Source of the DNA: Fistulifera solaris
Lineage: Eukaryota
Reading direction: 5' to 3'
DNA length: 64,000 nt
Assembly (NCBI GenBank): GCA_030295235.1
Contig: AP026164.1
Span: 1,178,001-1,242,000 of the forward strand
Under the pieces are notes generated by a model that had not been told where the DNA came from, searched no databases, and saw only the letters and a program-made list of their open reading frames with translations. Made by a program: the position numbers and the translations under genes. Below, one piece after another: positions 37,786 to 48,144 of the stretch; position 1 is the stretch's first letter; each line of letters begins with the position of its first letter.

Positions 37786-39148
37786 ATGAGATTGAATCGA
37801 CTTTTCCTTGTCATTCTTGTGGTCATTGTTGATTTAGTCGCTTATTTCTACATCAGAGCCTCCTTTGGAATCGGTGGTGATGTTTCAGAATCAGCGCTTG
37901 TCAAAAAGACAGAAAAGCAAACCTTGCCGTCAATAGACGACTCCTCAACAAGCTTGGAAAGAGGAGTCCATGAAAACGCCGTTCGCTCTAGTACCGGATC
38001 TGTGAGGAAATTTAAAGAGCCATTGCTATCTCATAAGGTCACCTATGCCCCAACGGGTGGGAAGCTTCCAGAGGACGGGTTTGACACGTACGACGAAACT
38101 GCATGGAATAAACTAGATAATGGAACATGTCTATTTAAAGATGACGAAGAAGATCAAGCTTTTGAATGGCAAAGGACCTCTCCGTACGCAATACTGTTGG
38201 GCACAATGAAAGGCGGGACACATGCTCTGTCCGAATACTTGTGGCAGCATCCGCTGATAGCCGCACCCAAGAAAGTAGAGAAAAATGGCCATGAGCTCCA
38301 TTTCTTCGACAGCCGCAGTTTTGAAAGGGGGGAATTAGGAATTCCGCGAAAACCCAATCAACTGTCTTACGCTATGAAAGTGCATAGAATGTACCCGGAT
38401 TTCTTTTACACAAAAGAAAGTATGTATACGATTCATGATTCACCACGATACCTGGTGTGGAGTGACCGAATTCCTGAAGCAATCCTGTGTGTGACCCCTT
38501 GGTCGAAGCTTATCGCCGTTTTAAGGGATCCAGTTGAACGTGTGATATCGCACTATCGCTTTCAAGATCAAGGTAGGTTTCATTGTTTTCTCATGTTTCG
38601 CCTGTAGTGTTCTGGAGCGCATATCAACTCAACTGTTGCTAGCTCGATTTCGAAAACACATACCTATGGTAGATTGGGAGACGTGGATACAGGATGACAT
38701 TGAGCGTTTGAAACGAGCGGGAGTACTTCAGGATTGGAATCAAGTAAGTTTTGAGGAGTTTTCGGGCTCGGGAGCTGAACTAATTGCATGGAAGAAATAT
38801 CTTCGATCGCCTACTACTCAGATGATTGTTGGTCGCGGGCTTTACTCCCTACAAATTGAGCATTATCTTGCGGCTATGGACAAAGCGGGGAAACCTCGGT
38901 CAGATTTATTGGTCCTTCGGTCAGAGGAACTTCGGGACGAAACGCAACTGGTCTACAATCGAGTTATTGACTTTCTTAACCTTCCTCAACATGTTCTCAG
39001 CGATACCGAAGCAAAACATAAGACTCAGAAGAGCTCTACTCCGATTCCAAGTGACTTGCGCAAACAGCTGGAAGAGCTATACAGGCCTTACAACCGGCGA
39101 CTAAATAAACTTTTGGACTGGAACAACGTCTGGGATTACAACAATTAA
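37786..39148 (+). CDS. Type-II membrane sulfotransferase, HS3ST/NST-like (2 exons)
   Basis: LGTMKGGTHAL (5'-PSB), ELHFFD, LRDPVERVISHY (3'-PB), GRGLY..QI, LYRPYNRRL. Intron 38573-38642. Confidence 0.88.
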
Positions 39149-39166
39149 AAGGTGAAAAATCTGGTT

Positions 39167-42127
39167 CTAAAGCGGTGTCATGTGGGTCAGTGCAGCACTC
39201 GTTCCGCTTTTTGACAAACTCACGGCACGGGCGTTCGTCTTTGCTCGAGAGTGGTGGAGGAGATCGGCTAACAGCGCGCTTGCTGTAGAATCAGCTCCAG
39301 CACTCGGTCCTTGGACTACCAGAGGGTAGGTCATGTGTCTATGAGTAAAGAAACGGACGCATTCACAGCTTGGCGGTGTCACTGCAAATATGTGATGATC
39401 CGGCACTTCAACAAATCTGATTTCGACCTCACTAGTCGCTATATCCACACTAGAAATCTGTCTGATAACACAACCCTTTGCCCTAGCTTCGTCTACTCGT
39501 TTCTTCACATTGGCATCTATCTCCTGTGTTAAGTTCAGGAAATCAGAGGTATCACCGAGTAACTTTTCGCTTGCCCCAAGAATGTCGTCAGTCTCAAGGT
39601 GATGAATTCCAAGTTCTCTGGAAAGAATCATAAGTACACGGGCAGTATATTCGTTATTCAAGTCCTTTGTTGGGTCTTCTTCCATCAGCCCCAAGTCAAT
39701 GGCTTCTTTGACGGCTTGGCTGAAGGAACATTCACTTTGAAAGTCGGTCGATGGTGATATACCATGATTTCCGTCGGCATGTCCTTTGATTGTCTGCTGG
39801 TCAAACTCACTACATCGACTTGTATCTGCGGGAGGAGAGACACGAAACATGATGTAGGAAAGCGAGACAGAAAAGATGCCATCAACCCGACGAATCTTGT
39901 CGCCGGTATGAAGCAGTGTGCGCGTGGTATTAATGATAGGCAATCCTCCTCCGACAGTCACTTCACGGAGATAATTTGCCGATTGCTTACCAAAGGCTTT
40001 TTCAGCTTTACTTATCTCGTTGCGCTGCTCCTTTGGGCCAGAAAGTCCAGTATTGTTGGCGGTAACAACATCAACACCCGCGCGAAGCCACGTCGCATGA
40101 TATTTTCCAACTTCTTCGTCGTTAGTGCAATCAAACACGACGTGATTCGTGCATTCATTTCGAAAGAGGCGTTCTAACAAAGTTGATATTCCTCCAGGTT
40201 TCGGAATGGCTTTATCGCCTTTATGGGTGACCTCACTGCCGCATGTTACGTTATTGAAGGATTCTAATGTAATCGATCCAGCGCCGCCATCGACATCTTG
40301 TTCCAAACATACTATTTCACTGCTGCTGCCTTGGTCCAGCACAGCAACTATTTGCAAATCGACTTCGTATGTGTATCGTAAAGCCGTGCGACGTTCTTGC
40401 AAAAGCTTGAGCAAGGAATCGCCGAGTTCATTCATACCAATGATAGCCACACGTATTGTGGTGTGTGAAAGGCGGAAAGCAGCATGTACCGCTCTAAGAG
40501 CACGCGCGGAATCTTCCGCACTTACAACAGCGGATATGTTTCGCTCAGAAGAGCCTTGCGCAATCGCCAAAACATTTATTTTAGCATCACCCAAGGCAGA
40601 GAAGAATCTCCCGGAAACGCCTGTTTGCTGCGACATTCCATCACCTACAGCTGCAATGACCGAGCACGGTGCTTTCAAATCAATATTGGTGATTCGATTG
40701 TTTCGTAGTTCCGTGGAGAACTCTTCTTCAATAGCGATCTTTGCCGCTTTGGCGTCTGACTCGACAAGTGCAAAAGTAACGGAGTGTTCCGACGACGCTT
40801 GCGAAATCAAAATGACGTTCACATTTATGGCTTCTAGAGAACTGAAGATTCGTCGTAGAATACCACGAACGCCTATCATTCCAGAACCTTCAACATTAAT
40901 AAGAGCCATGTTTTCAATGCTTGTGAATCCGCAAACAGCCTTTTCCTTGTTCTGCAAAGATGTCGAACGAGTGAAGATCCGTGTGCCACGAAAACTGGCA
41001 TTGAATGTATTGCGAATATAGATTGGAATCTGGGGCTCGGACATGAGAGCCGGTTGCATTGTTTTCGGATGAATCACTTTGGCACCAAAGAAAGCGAGCT
41101 CCATTGCTTCGTTGTAAGAAACTTCATCGAGAACTTGTGCCAAAGGCACTCGGCGAGGGTCTGCCGACAGAACACCGTCCACATCGGTCCAAATCTGTAT
41201 ACTGTTTGCCTGTAGTAGTCGCCCCATGATAGCAGCCGAGTAATCTGATCCATCTCGTTTTAGAGTGCAGGCAACTCCATGTGTATTCGAAGCGACGTAG
41301 CCTGTGACAATGAAATGAAGCATTTTCTCCGTTTCGTCGCTGCTTCCATGTTTTGCTTGAAGCTCCTCCTTGGCTTGCTGGAACACAGATTCAAGCTTTT
41401 TAAATGATTCGTCCCAAACAACCGCTCCATCCTGGACAGCTTCGTCTTCGTCGATGGTGATGACGCGTCGTGCATCTAAAAATACAAAGTCGTGATGGAC
41501 ATCGCTAACAAGATCTTGCAAAGCATCCAACGACACAACTTTCACTTTGTTGGCTCGTTGATTGGATCGTTTCTGTAATAATGCAGCCAAGATCTGAGCC
41601 GACCATACTTCTCCAAATCCTGAAACTAATTCACGAATGCGTTCTGCCTCCCACTTCATAAGCGACACTGTCTTGAGAATATCACTCACGTTGGCGAGAT
41701 CTTGCTGTACAATACCCAGCAGTTTTTCGCGAGTTTCGGGCTCATGCTGGAACAAAATCCCCAAGCACTCGTCGTGCTTGCGCAGAACGAGGGTGGTACA
41801 TTCTTCTTGGGAAGCTAGATCACGTTTGGCGGCATACTTGACCGAATCGAGCAAAAGATCCGTGACTTTCGGCTTTCCACCCATGGCCGAAACGACGACT
41901 GCGAGATGACAATTTGTATTGCCAAGCGATGATGAAAGTGACACGTCGCCGGTCGAATCGGCAATCCCCAGTTGGTCTTCGACGATACGAGCTGCTCGCA
42001 GGAAGCATTCAGCATTTGCGACAGAAGTTCCGCCGAACTTGTGAACTTGCCATTTCAGACCATCAAATCCAACGTACGACTGTTGACTCGCCTCTTCAAT
42101 CGAAACAAGGCGCGATGAGGAAGACAT
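39167..42127 (-). CDS. thrA: Aspartokinase-homoserine dehydrogenase architecture (AK-ACT-ACT-HSDH)
   Basis: KFGGTSV, VVVSAMG, RDGSDYSA, WTDVDGV.SADPR, EAMELAFFGAKVIHP, two ACT domains (QASSEHS, QGSSERNIS), then an HSDH-like domain (EVTVGGGLP, GPSAG..TA). Confidence 0.93.
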   Translation of the reverse strand: MSSSSRLVSIEEASQQSYVGFDGLKWQVHKFGGTSVANAECFLRAARIVEDQLGIADSTGDVSLSSSLGNTNCHLAVVVSAMGGKPKVTDLLLDSVKYAAKRDLASQEECTTLVLRKHDECLGILFQHEPETREKLLGIVQQDLANVSDILKTVSLMKWEAERIRELVSGFGEVWSAQILAALLQKRSNQRANKVKVVSLDALQDLVSDVHHDFVFLDARRVITIDEDEAVQDGAVVWDESFKKLESVFQQAKEELQAKHGSSDETEKMLHFIVTGYVASNTHGVACTLKRDGSDYSAAIMGRLLQANSIQIWTDVDGVLSADPRRVPLAQVLDEVSYNEAMELAFFGAKVIHPKTMQPALMSEPQIPIYIRNTFNASFRGTRIFTRSTSLQNKEKAVCGFTSIENMALINVEGSGMIGVRGILRRIFSSLEAINVNVILISQASSEHSVTFALVESDAKAAKIAIEEEFSTELRNNRITNIDLKAPCSVIAAVGDGMSQQTGVSGRFFSALGDAKINVLAIAQGSSERNISAVVSAEDSARALRAVHAAFRLSHTTIRVAIIGMNELGDSLLKLLQERRTALRYTYEVDLQIVAVLDQGSSSEIVCLEQDVDGGAGSITLESFNNVTCGSEVTHKGDKAIPKPGGISTLLERLFRNECTNHVVFDCTNDEEVGKYHATWLRAGVDVVTANNTGLSGPKEQRNEISKAEKAFGKQSANYLREVTVGGGLPIINTTRTLLHTGDKIRRVDGIFSVSLSYIMFRVSPPADTSRCSEFDQQTIKGHADGNHGISPSTDFQSECSFSQAVKEAIDLGLMEEDPTKDLNNEYTARVLMILSRELGIHHLETDDILGASEKLLGDTSDFLNLTQEIDANVKKRVDEARAKGCVIRQISSVDIATSEVEIRFVEVPDHHIFAVTPPSCECVRFFTHRHMTYPLVVQGPSAGADSTASALLADLLHHSRAKTNARAVSLSKSGTSAALTHMTPL

Positions 42128-42700
42128 TCTTCTGGTCTTATATCAGATTATGTTTGCATGTAACTTGTATGCCATAAAGAACGTCAAAGAAAACAAAAAC
42201 CATTGAAGGTTGACGTCGTTTTGTGGGAAGTTGCAGGAACGAAAAAAACGAGTGGATGGAAGATGGAATGTGTCATCGGTCATCGATCCGCGTTCCCCGT
42301 CCTAAAACATAAGGAAAAGGCACCAAGCGGTATTGCTTTCACGTTTCTCGCCTGCCAAAATGTGATGGTGTGACCAGTGACGGTATTGAAAAGGTTAGGG
42401 ACTAAAAAATAAATAAGCGATGAGCCACGAGCCACGAGCAACTAAGCTTTACGAAAAGGAACAATGGCGTTGACAGCTAAGGTTTTTTACTGATGAAAGC
42501 TCTTTCAGGAGAACAAAAAATTCATTTGTAGTCGACGACTCATAGTTCTATCTGACACAGGGAAAGTCAACGACAAGGTCTTTTTGTCATGAAGAAAAAC
42601 CCCAAATTTCTATCTCCGCAATCTTTTTTGTCCGTTCATCAGCAATCGCCAAGGATTCTCGTTCGATAATAGTGTTCAATATCAATCCTTCTAACTTTCT

Positions 42701-43675
42701 CTAGACAACATCGTCCGGCGTTTGGGTCAGTTCCATCCATAACGACAAGAAACGGTTGGAGGCGTTTCTATTGTTTTCTTCATTCCCGGTAGACTGCAGT
42801 ATATTGTTGCGATATTTCCTTGCTGATAATCGGACTGTATCGTTCTTCTTTTTTTTCTCGTTTATATGATCTTCCTCCATAACCAGCATGTTACGAATCG
42901 ACATTTTTTTGTCATTTTCAACAGAATCATCGTCCATCTCTTCCACCAGTTCGTCTCCTCGTAAAGAATTTGTTTTCGAATTGAGGTGCGGCGATGGATG
43001 TTGAGTTGAGTTTTCTTTGCCTGGTATTCGATGCTCTGAAAAGAGTCTTTTCGTGTTACAGGTGAGCGGGGTTGTGGCTCGACTTGATCTTGTTCAATCA
43101 CAGCACTATCCACGGCAAACGCTTCTGTCGGTTGTGATGATATCATTTTATCTGTTTGTCTCGATTGAGTAATATATTGTTTTAAAAGGCGATGGTGATG
43201 GGTTGAATCTTGAAGCACTTTTGCTACATCTCCACTGGGTGGCTTTTGATGACGCAACAATTCCCAAGTCGACGCAAATTTCCAACTGTCCAAGACGCGT
43301 TTTACCTCCACAGAGTCATTGATGGAAGATGGTTTGCCTATGATCGCCATGCCGTGTCCACCAATGACGTCCAAAGTTCCGACGTGGAAGCATATGGCGT
43401 TTTTTCTCCCGGGCTACGCCCGACTGGCCGGAGGCTACGATATTCCACTGCTTCACACTGACTAACGATCCTGTTCGTAGCGTTCCATTCAATTCATCAT
43501 AAAAAGCATCTACAAAGAACTTTTGATCCGACAAAGTGACAACGTTGCTGTTCGGTCGAATCGAAATCACTTGAACTACCTGCGATGAACGGTCTTGTGG
43601 CTTCTTTTGCTTGTGATACAGCAAAGCTGACACGACACGCTCTTCCATCCACGGTTCACTCAGTAAACTTGCCAT
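42701..43675 (-). CDS. Hypothetical protein with N-terminal TPP1/Est3-like OB-fold signature (frameshifts near 43403 and 42960)
   Basis: After indel correction: LSEPWMEE...VVQVI...TLSDQKFFVDAF...GSLVSVKQW...ICFHV..LDVIGGHG...IGKP.SIND..EV. Confidence 0.5.
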
Positions 43676-43868
43676 TGCATTTTCTTACTTGATTTACTTT
43701 AATTCGTTTTCGTCGTTGTGGGTTCAATGGTTGTTGATGCGCCGGACGGTGTCTTCTGAAATACAATTCCAGAGTTGTTTTTTAATCTTACGGGCCGCGT
43801 TTCAAAACAAATGCATTGCCGCAGGTATTGCCTGGGCATGTACAAGTACAAGTCATGTTCCATGTTCC

Positions 43869-43984
43869 CATAAAATCTGTGTTGGTTATTTTTACGTTTC
43901 CAGAAAATCTGGATACCTGGTACCTAGTGTTTCTACCAGAAAATCTGGGGCTGTGGTGGCTTCAAGTAATCAGAAAATCTGGGG
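43869..43984. repeat. CAGAAAATCTGG repeated at about 34-bp period
   Basis: Copies at 43901, 43937 and 43971, plus a degenerate copy at 43869. Confidence 0.75.
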
Positions 43985-44183
43985 ACGTAAGTGTGAAGTG
44001 GAAAGTCTGGCAAAATGATCGACAGAGAGAACCCGGTTGTTACGGCGTTAAAATTGTGCCTCCTCGTAAACGCTACGTAGAATCTTTTACTGGAGGTAGA
44101 ATTTTAATGCCCTTCCCAGCACCGACATTCGACTCCAACGAGAAAGAATACCTGAATCAAACAACCAACAACCAACTACAAAC

Positions 44184-44615
44184 ATGAAAGCGTTCATTTC
44201 GCTGGTGTTGTCGCTAATCCTGTTGATCTTAGTGAACGACAGTTACGCGCTCACTTTGTCGAACACGTCACGACGATCGTTTTTAGGGTGGACGACAACA
44301 GCCGTCGTTTTTTCAGCAGCCAATGAACCCGCATTGGCAGAGGCCGATTGTTTTACGGATTGTTTCAAAAACTGCCGACTGATTGCGCCCAAAGATCTCT
44401 CGTATTGCCAGGAAAACTGCAAAGAATATTGTGATCAAACGGATCGGAACGATGGTTTATCGGGTTCTGTGTCATTTAGTGGAGGAGAAGTCGGCATATT
44501 GGGAGGGACCTTCGGTACAGGAACCGTAGTCAAGGGCGAAGATAAGCCGCCTTCTATCGCTTTGCCCGGTTTGGACTTTACAAAAGGTGCTGGGAAAAAG
44601 CTAATTGGTTATTGA
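44184..44615 (+). CDS. Small Cys-rich protein, probably thylakoid lumen
   Basis: Signal peptide, SRRSFL twin-arginine motif and ALA-E cleavage site. Mature part has Cx3Cx3C-x10-Cx3Cx3C. Confidence 0.7.
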   Translation: MKAFISLVLSLILLILVNDSYALTLSNTSRRSFLGWTTTAVVFSAANEPALAEADCFTDCFKNCRLIAPKDLSYCQENCKEYCDQTDRNDGLSGSVSFSGGEVGILGGTFGTGTVVKGEDKPPSIALPGLDFTKGAGKKLIGY

Positions 44616-44710
44616 TCTGTGTGGAACTCGTTTTTGAAAGAACTGTTCTGTAGCGCTAACGTCGTAATGCAATCTCGTTAGATATATATTAAAGACTTTT
44701 TCTACCAGAT

Positions 44711-45919
44711 TTAGCGGTAGCCGAGCAATCTCTCCATGTGTACATCCATATTTGATTCGATCCATTCTTTTAGTCCTTTCGGAACGACCCGTTGCCCCAA
44801 GCGCTCCGGCTGAGGACCGGTGGGCTTACATTGTTGGGGTAAAGTTCCCTGCATTCCTGCCACCTCTGAGAGTTTCCTCATTAAAAACTGTGTTCCCTTT
44901 TCCAGCAGGTCCTCGTAACGAACCAGGACAAAACCACCAATACTGAACAGGAAAGGTAAATGGAGGACATGGTTGGCGATTTTGTCGGCGCGCAATTCGA
45001 GGATATTTCGGTAAGCAGTCCCTGAGCCATCATTCTTTAGCTCATATACCGGATACATGGAACGTAGCATATCATCCGGTAACTCTTCCAACGTCGAATT
45101 CAATGTACAGGGAACGACCTCATCGTAACGGAAAACACTTTGACAGAGTCTCTCTGATCTCAACGCTGGGTTAGTCGCCATGCGTTTGAATAATTTTCTG
45201 TCACTTTTCGGGCGTGGCATGGTCCAAGGTCGTGACACAAAGTCGGCCCAAGGTAATGGAGTTACCTCGTTTTTGTGAATGCTAGCCACATGTCCCGGAC
45301 TGTGATACGGCATCTCGTTCATAGCCGACACCCAATCCACTGGATCTCTTACAATGACAACAATAATATGGCGCAGAAAGTTACCCCCGTAATGCAAAGG
45401 TTGAAAGAAATGTTTGGATCGAATGAAATCTCGATGAATCCTTTTGATATGAGGAGCCGATTCGGGCGCGTTGGAAAAACAATGTTGCAGCTCTTTTGTA
45501 ATCCACTTGGTTCCCGAATGTCTTTCTCCAATGATGTGAATTTCAAACGGTTCTTCGTTTCCGGTGTCGTCTTCGGCAAAGAATCGACCCGTCAAACACT
45601 TTTGTACCGAGTCCCAGGTATTGATCCCTGAATTCCGACAATCGGCACTCATCGGCCGTCGCAGTTGAGGAGGCATACAGTCCTGAATATCGTGCCACGA
45701 TTTCAACCGTTTACAGGATACGCGTTGTTGACGCTGTTTAAAGTCTTCGATCATGGCCTCACGATTGATGGATGCACTGTCGGTCTCTCCGACTAGCCGC
45801 AGAGTCGTCCAGGTCGAGAGACTGATGCCCATTGTCGTTGCGAGCATGAGCGCATTCTTGAGGGAAAGGCAGGACCTTTCGCTGCTGGGCAATCTCCTTA
45901 TATTTCCTCGGCTACTCAT
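44711..45919 (-). CDS. Type-II membrane sulfotransferase-like (P-loop) protein
   Basis: N-terminal TM, IIGERHSGTKW, VRDPVDW, VRYEDLL, E..LGY C-terminus. Confidence 0.75.
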   Translation of the reverse strand: MSSRGNIRRLPSSERSCLSLKNALMLATTMGISLSTWTTLRLVGETDSASINREAMIEDFKQRQQRVSCKRLKSWHDIQDCMPPQLRRPMSADCRNSGINTWDSVQKCLTGRFFAEDDTGNEEPFEIHIIGERHSGTKWITKELQHCFSNAPESAPHIKRIHRDFIRSKHFFQPLHYGGNFLRHIIVVIVRDPVDWVSAMNEMPYHSPGHVASIHKNEVTPLPWADFVSRPWTMPRPKSDRKLFKRMATNPALRSERLCQSVFRYDEVVPCTLNSTLEELPDDMLRSMYPVYELKNDGSGTAYRNILELRADKIANHVLHLPFLFSIGGFVLVRYEDLLEKGTQFLMRKLSEVAGMQGTLPQQCKPTGPQPERLGQRVVPKGLKEWIESNMDVHMERLLGYR

Positions 45920-46344
45920 CGGTGGCGCAAAGAATTGTAATGGTGATTTTCCATTCCTCCGACTTCCGACTACATGAAACTCTCTTCCTTCCAGTGGAGG
46001 GAACGTTTTTAGTTGTCGTTGTGACTTTTTCTTTTTTATGACGAGGTCATTATTTTACCGGCAACACTTTTGCCAGTACCGGTACCGGTGCCAGTACAAA
46101 GTATTTATTTTGTTATAGCGCGGTTATAATAATGCGGTGACACGATCTCCGACTCAACGGAATTGCAGTCCCGGAACATCAGTGCCTCCGTCGTCGGTTC
46201 AAGTCAAAAGGTCGTCTGCAACAAAAATGACATTCCGAGCGATTGAGATAACAATAACAATTTGAGAATATATTTTTAAAGTCCTATCCACATTCGTCAG
46301 AGCAAGATCTGAGTCCACACAATACGCTTTGTCAAAACAACAAT

Positions 46345-47262
46345 ATGCCTACTCGAAAGGAATCTGTTGCTTCGGAAGTCGTAGCAGCCGCTTTGGCGGG
46401 CGCTCTATCCGCCACAGCTCTTCATCCTCTCGAAGTCATCAAGACCAATTTGGTGGCCAAAGATGATACGTGTGCGGAGGACAAGGATGAGAGGGATGAT
46501 AATACTGGTAACGGGATGATTGCAACGGCGCAGGCTTTGTATAAGGAAGGAGGCGTTGCTCGATTCTTTCGCGGGGTGCAATTTTCTGCTGTGCAGAGTT
46601 CGATCGAGAAGGCTCTCTACTTCTTTTCGTACACCTGTCTAAAACAAGTTCACAGCACATTTTCAGGCGGAGCTGCCATGAACACGTTGACCAATCTCAT
46701 TCTCGGATATGCTGCGGAGTGGTCTCATTTACCAATTACCTTACCTATTGATTCCATCACGACCGCAATCCAGACATCGTCGAAAGGAGATGGAGCCTTT
46801 CAAGTCCTGATGACCATGCTGTCCTCGAAGAACCAGAAATACTACAATGCAATATCGGCTTACTATCTGCTGTGCCTTAAACCTGCTCTACAGTACACAA
46901 TTTATGAACAGGTCAAAACTGTGTGGCTCCGATCCAAGTCACGCAGGGCGTTGACAGCCGTCGAAGCTTTTGCTTTAGGGATGGTAGCCAGAACAGTAGC
47001 AACAATACTGGTGTTCCCATTTTTAAGGGCCAAAGTCTTACTGCAGACACAAGGCAGCCAGCAAAACAACACAATAGAGGGTGGGGTTTCGAAAACGACC
47101 ACCATGGTACTAAACGAACAATGGAATCGCGCCGGTCTCGCGGGTCTCTATCAAGGTCTGTCGCCGGAACTGACTCGCGGCGTCTTGAGTGCGGCTCTGA
47201 TGCTGATGATCAAGGAACGAATTGCTGAAAAGGTGCAACATGTATTCTCTACGAAATCATAG
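46345..47262 (+). CDS. Mitochondrial carrier family protein, peroxisomal ANT1/PMP34-like
   Basis: Three Px[DE/F]xx[KR]-type repeats (HPLEVIKT, LPIDSITT, FPFLRAK), plus LKPALQYTIYEQ and GLYQGLSPEL. Confidence 0.85.
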   Translation: MPTRKESVASEVVAAALAGALSATALHPLEVIKTNLVAKDDTCAEDKDERDDNTGNGMIATAQALYKEGGVARFFRGVQFSAVQSSIEKALYFFSYTCLKQVHSTFSGGAAMNTLTNLILGYAAEWSHLPITLPIDSITTAIQTSSKGDGAFQVLMTMLSSKNQKYYNAISAYYLLCLKPALQYTIYEQVKTVWLRSKSRRALTAVEAFALGMVARTVATILVFPFLRAKVLLQTQGSQQNNTIEGGVSKTTTMVLNEQWNRAGLAGLYQGLSPELTRGVLSAALMLMIKERIAEKVQHVFSTKS

Positions 47263-47445
47263 TATTTTGCATTTGGTGATAAAATCGCAAACTTCCCCTT
47301 TACTCGTATCGTTATCCGGGGTTTCTGAAGTACTTCGGCGCACGCGAGAACGGGTCGAAGTCTCAAACTCTTTACTATTAAGTGAAAACAGTAAATTATG
47401 CGACTAAGAAAATATGCTACCGGAAACAAAAAGACGAATTGCCCA

Positions 47446-48144
47446 TCAGAGTTGTGATGTCTGTAGGCTTTGCCGAATGACAGATCGGGTCTTTCCTTGA
47501 ATTTCGTGTCGGTTTTGGTGAAGGCGACGACTAAAAAGTTCTTTTCTAATTTGTGGGCAGTGACCAAGTTCGGACCATGCCTTGCGAAAAGACAGTAGCT
47601 GAAGCTTTTTCACCGGAACATGCTTCACTTTGGGAAGTGGAAAGGACGTTTTCTCGGTAAAGTTCGATGCAAGTCGCGAAGCAATTGAAGCATTTGAAAT
47701 GTTTGGACTGGCAAATGATAACTGCTGACCTAGGTGAGCTCGGGTTGCTGGGGTGATGTTGTGGAACTCTGAAAAGTGTGAAGTCCTTGGTAGAACGTGC
47801 TCAAGATCACCCCCCGTAGGAAGTATGGGGCCGTAGCGAGGCATTTGAGTGTTGCTTGCGGGAGTTTCGTATTTCAATTCGTCGACAGAAACCAGTGGCA
47901 GATAGCCAGATTGTTTCAATCGCTGTTTCTCGATCAAGCGTTGAAGCAATAGGTATCTTTCGGCCGTGGCACGAGATGTGGTACCGATGTCTGAGAACGG
48001 TTGCCGGTTTTGCAAAGCGAGCAAAGAGCCTTGAACGAGTTCTCTCGATCTCGTCACTTCCTCGCTCCTTAAAGCACTTCGTTGCAGCTGACAAGCTTCA
48101 ATCATGTGGAGCTGTTCCAAGAGGTAACTCTGCGGATCATTCAT
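47446..48144 (-). CDS. Hypothetical protein
   Basis: 232-aa ORF with a basic C-terminal motif (LSFRKAW...RKELFSRRL). No domain recognised. Confidence 0.55.
   Translation of the reverse strand: MNDPQSYLLEQLHMIEACQLQRSALRSEEVTRSRELVQGSLLALQNRQPFSDIGTTSRATAERYLLLQRLIEKQRLKQSGYLPLVSVDELKYETPASNTQMPRYGPILPTGGDLEHVLPRTSHFSEFHNITPATRAHLGQQLSFASPNISNASIASRLASNFTEKTSFPLPKVKHVPVKKLQLLSFRKAWSELGHCPQIRKELFSRRLHQNRHEIQGKTRSVIRQSLQTSQL

Noticed and set aside
43869..44010. CRISPR-like repeat-spacer array
   Set aside because: Repeat is only 12 bp with about 22-bp spacers and 3 good copies, there are no cas genes, and the context is a eukaryotic promoter.
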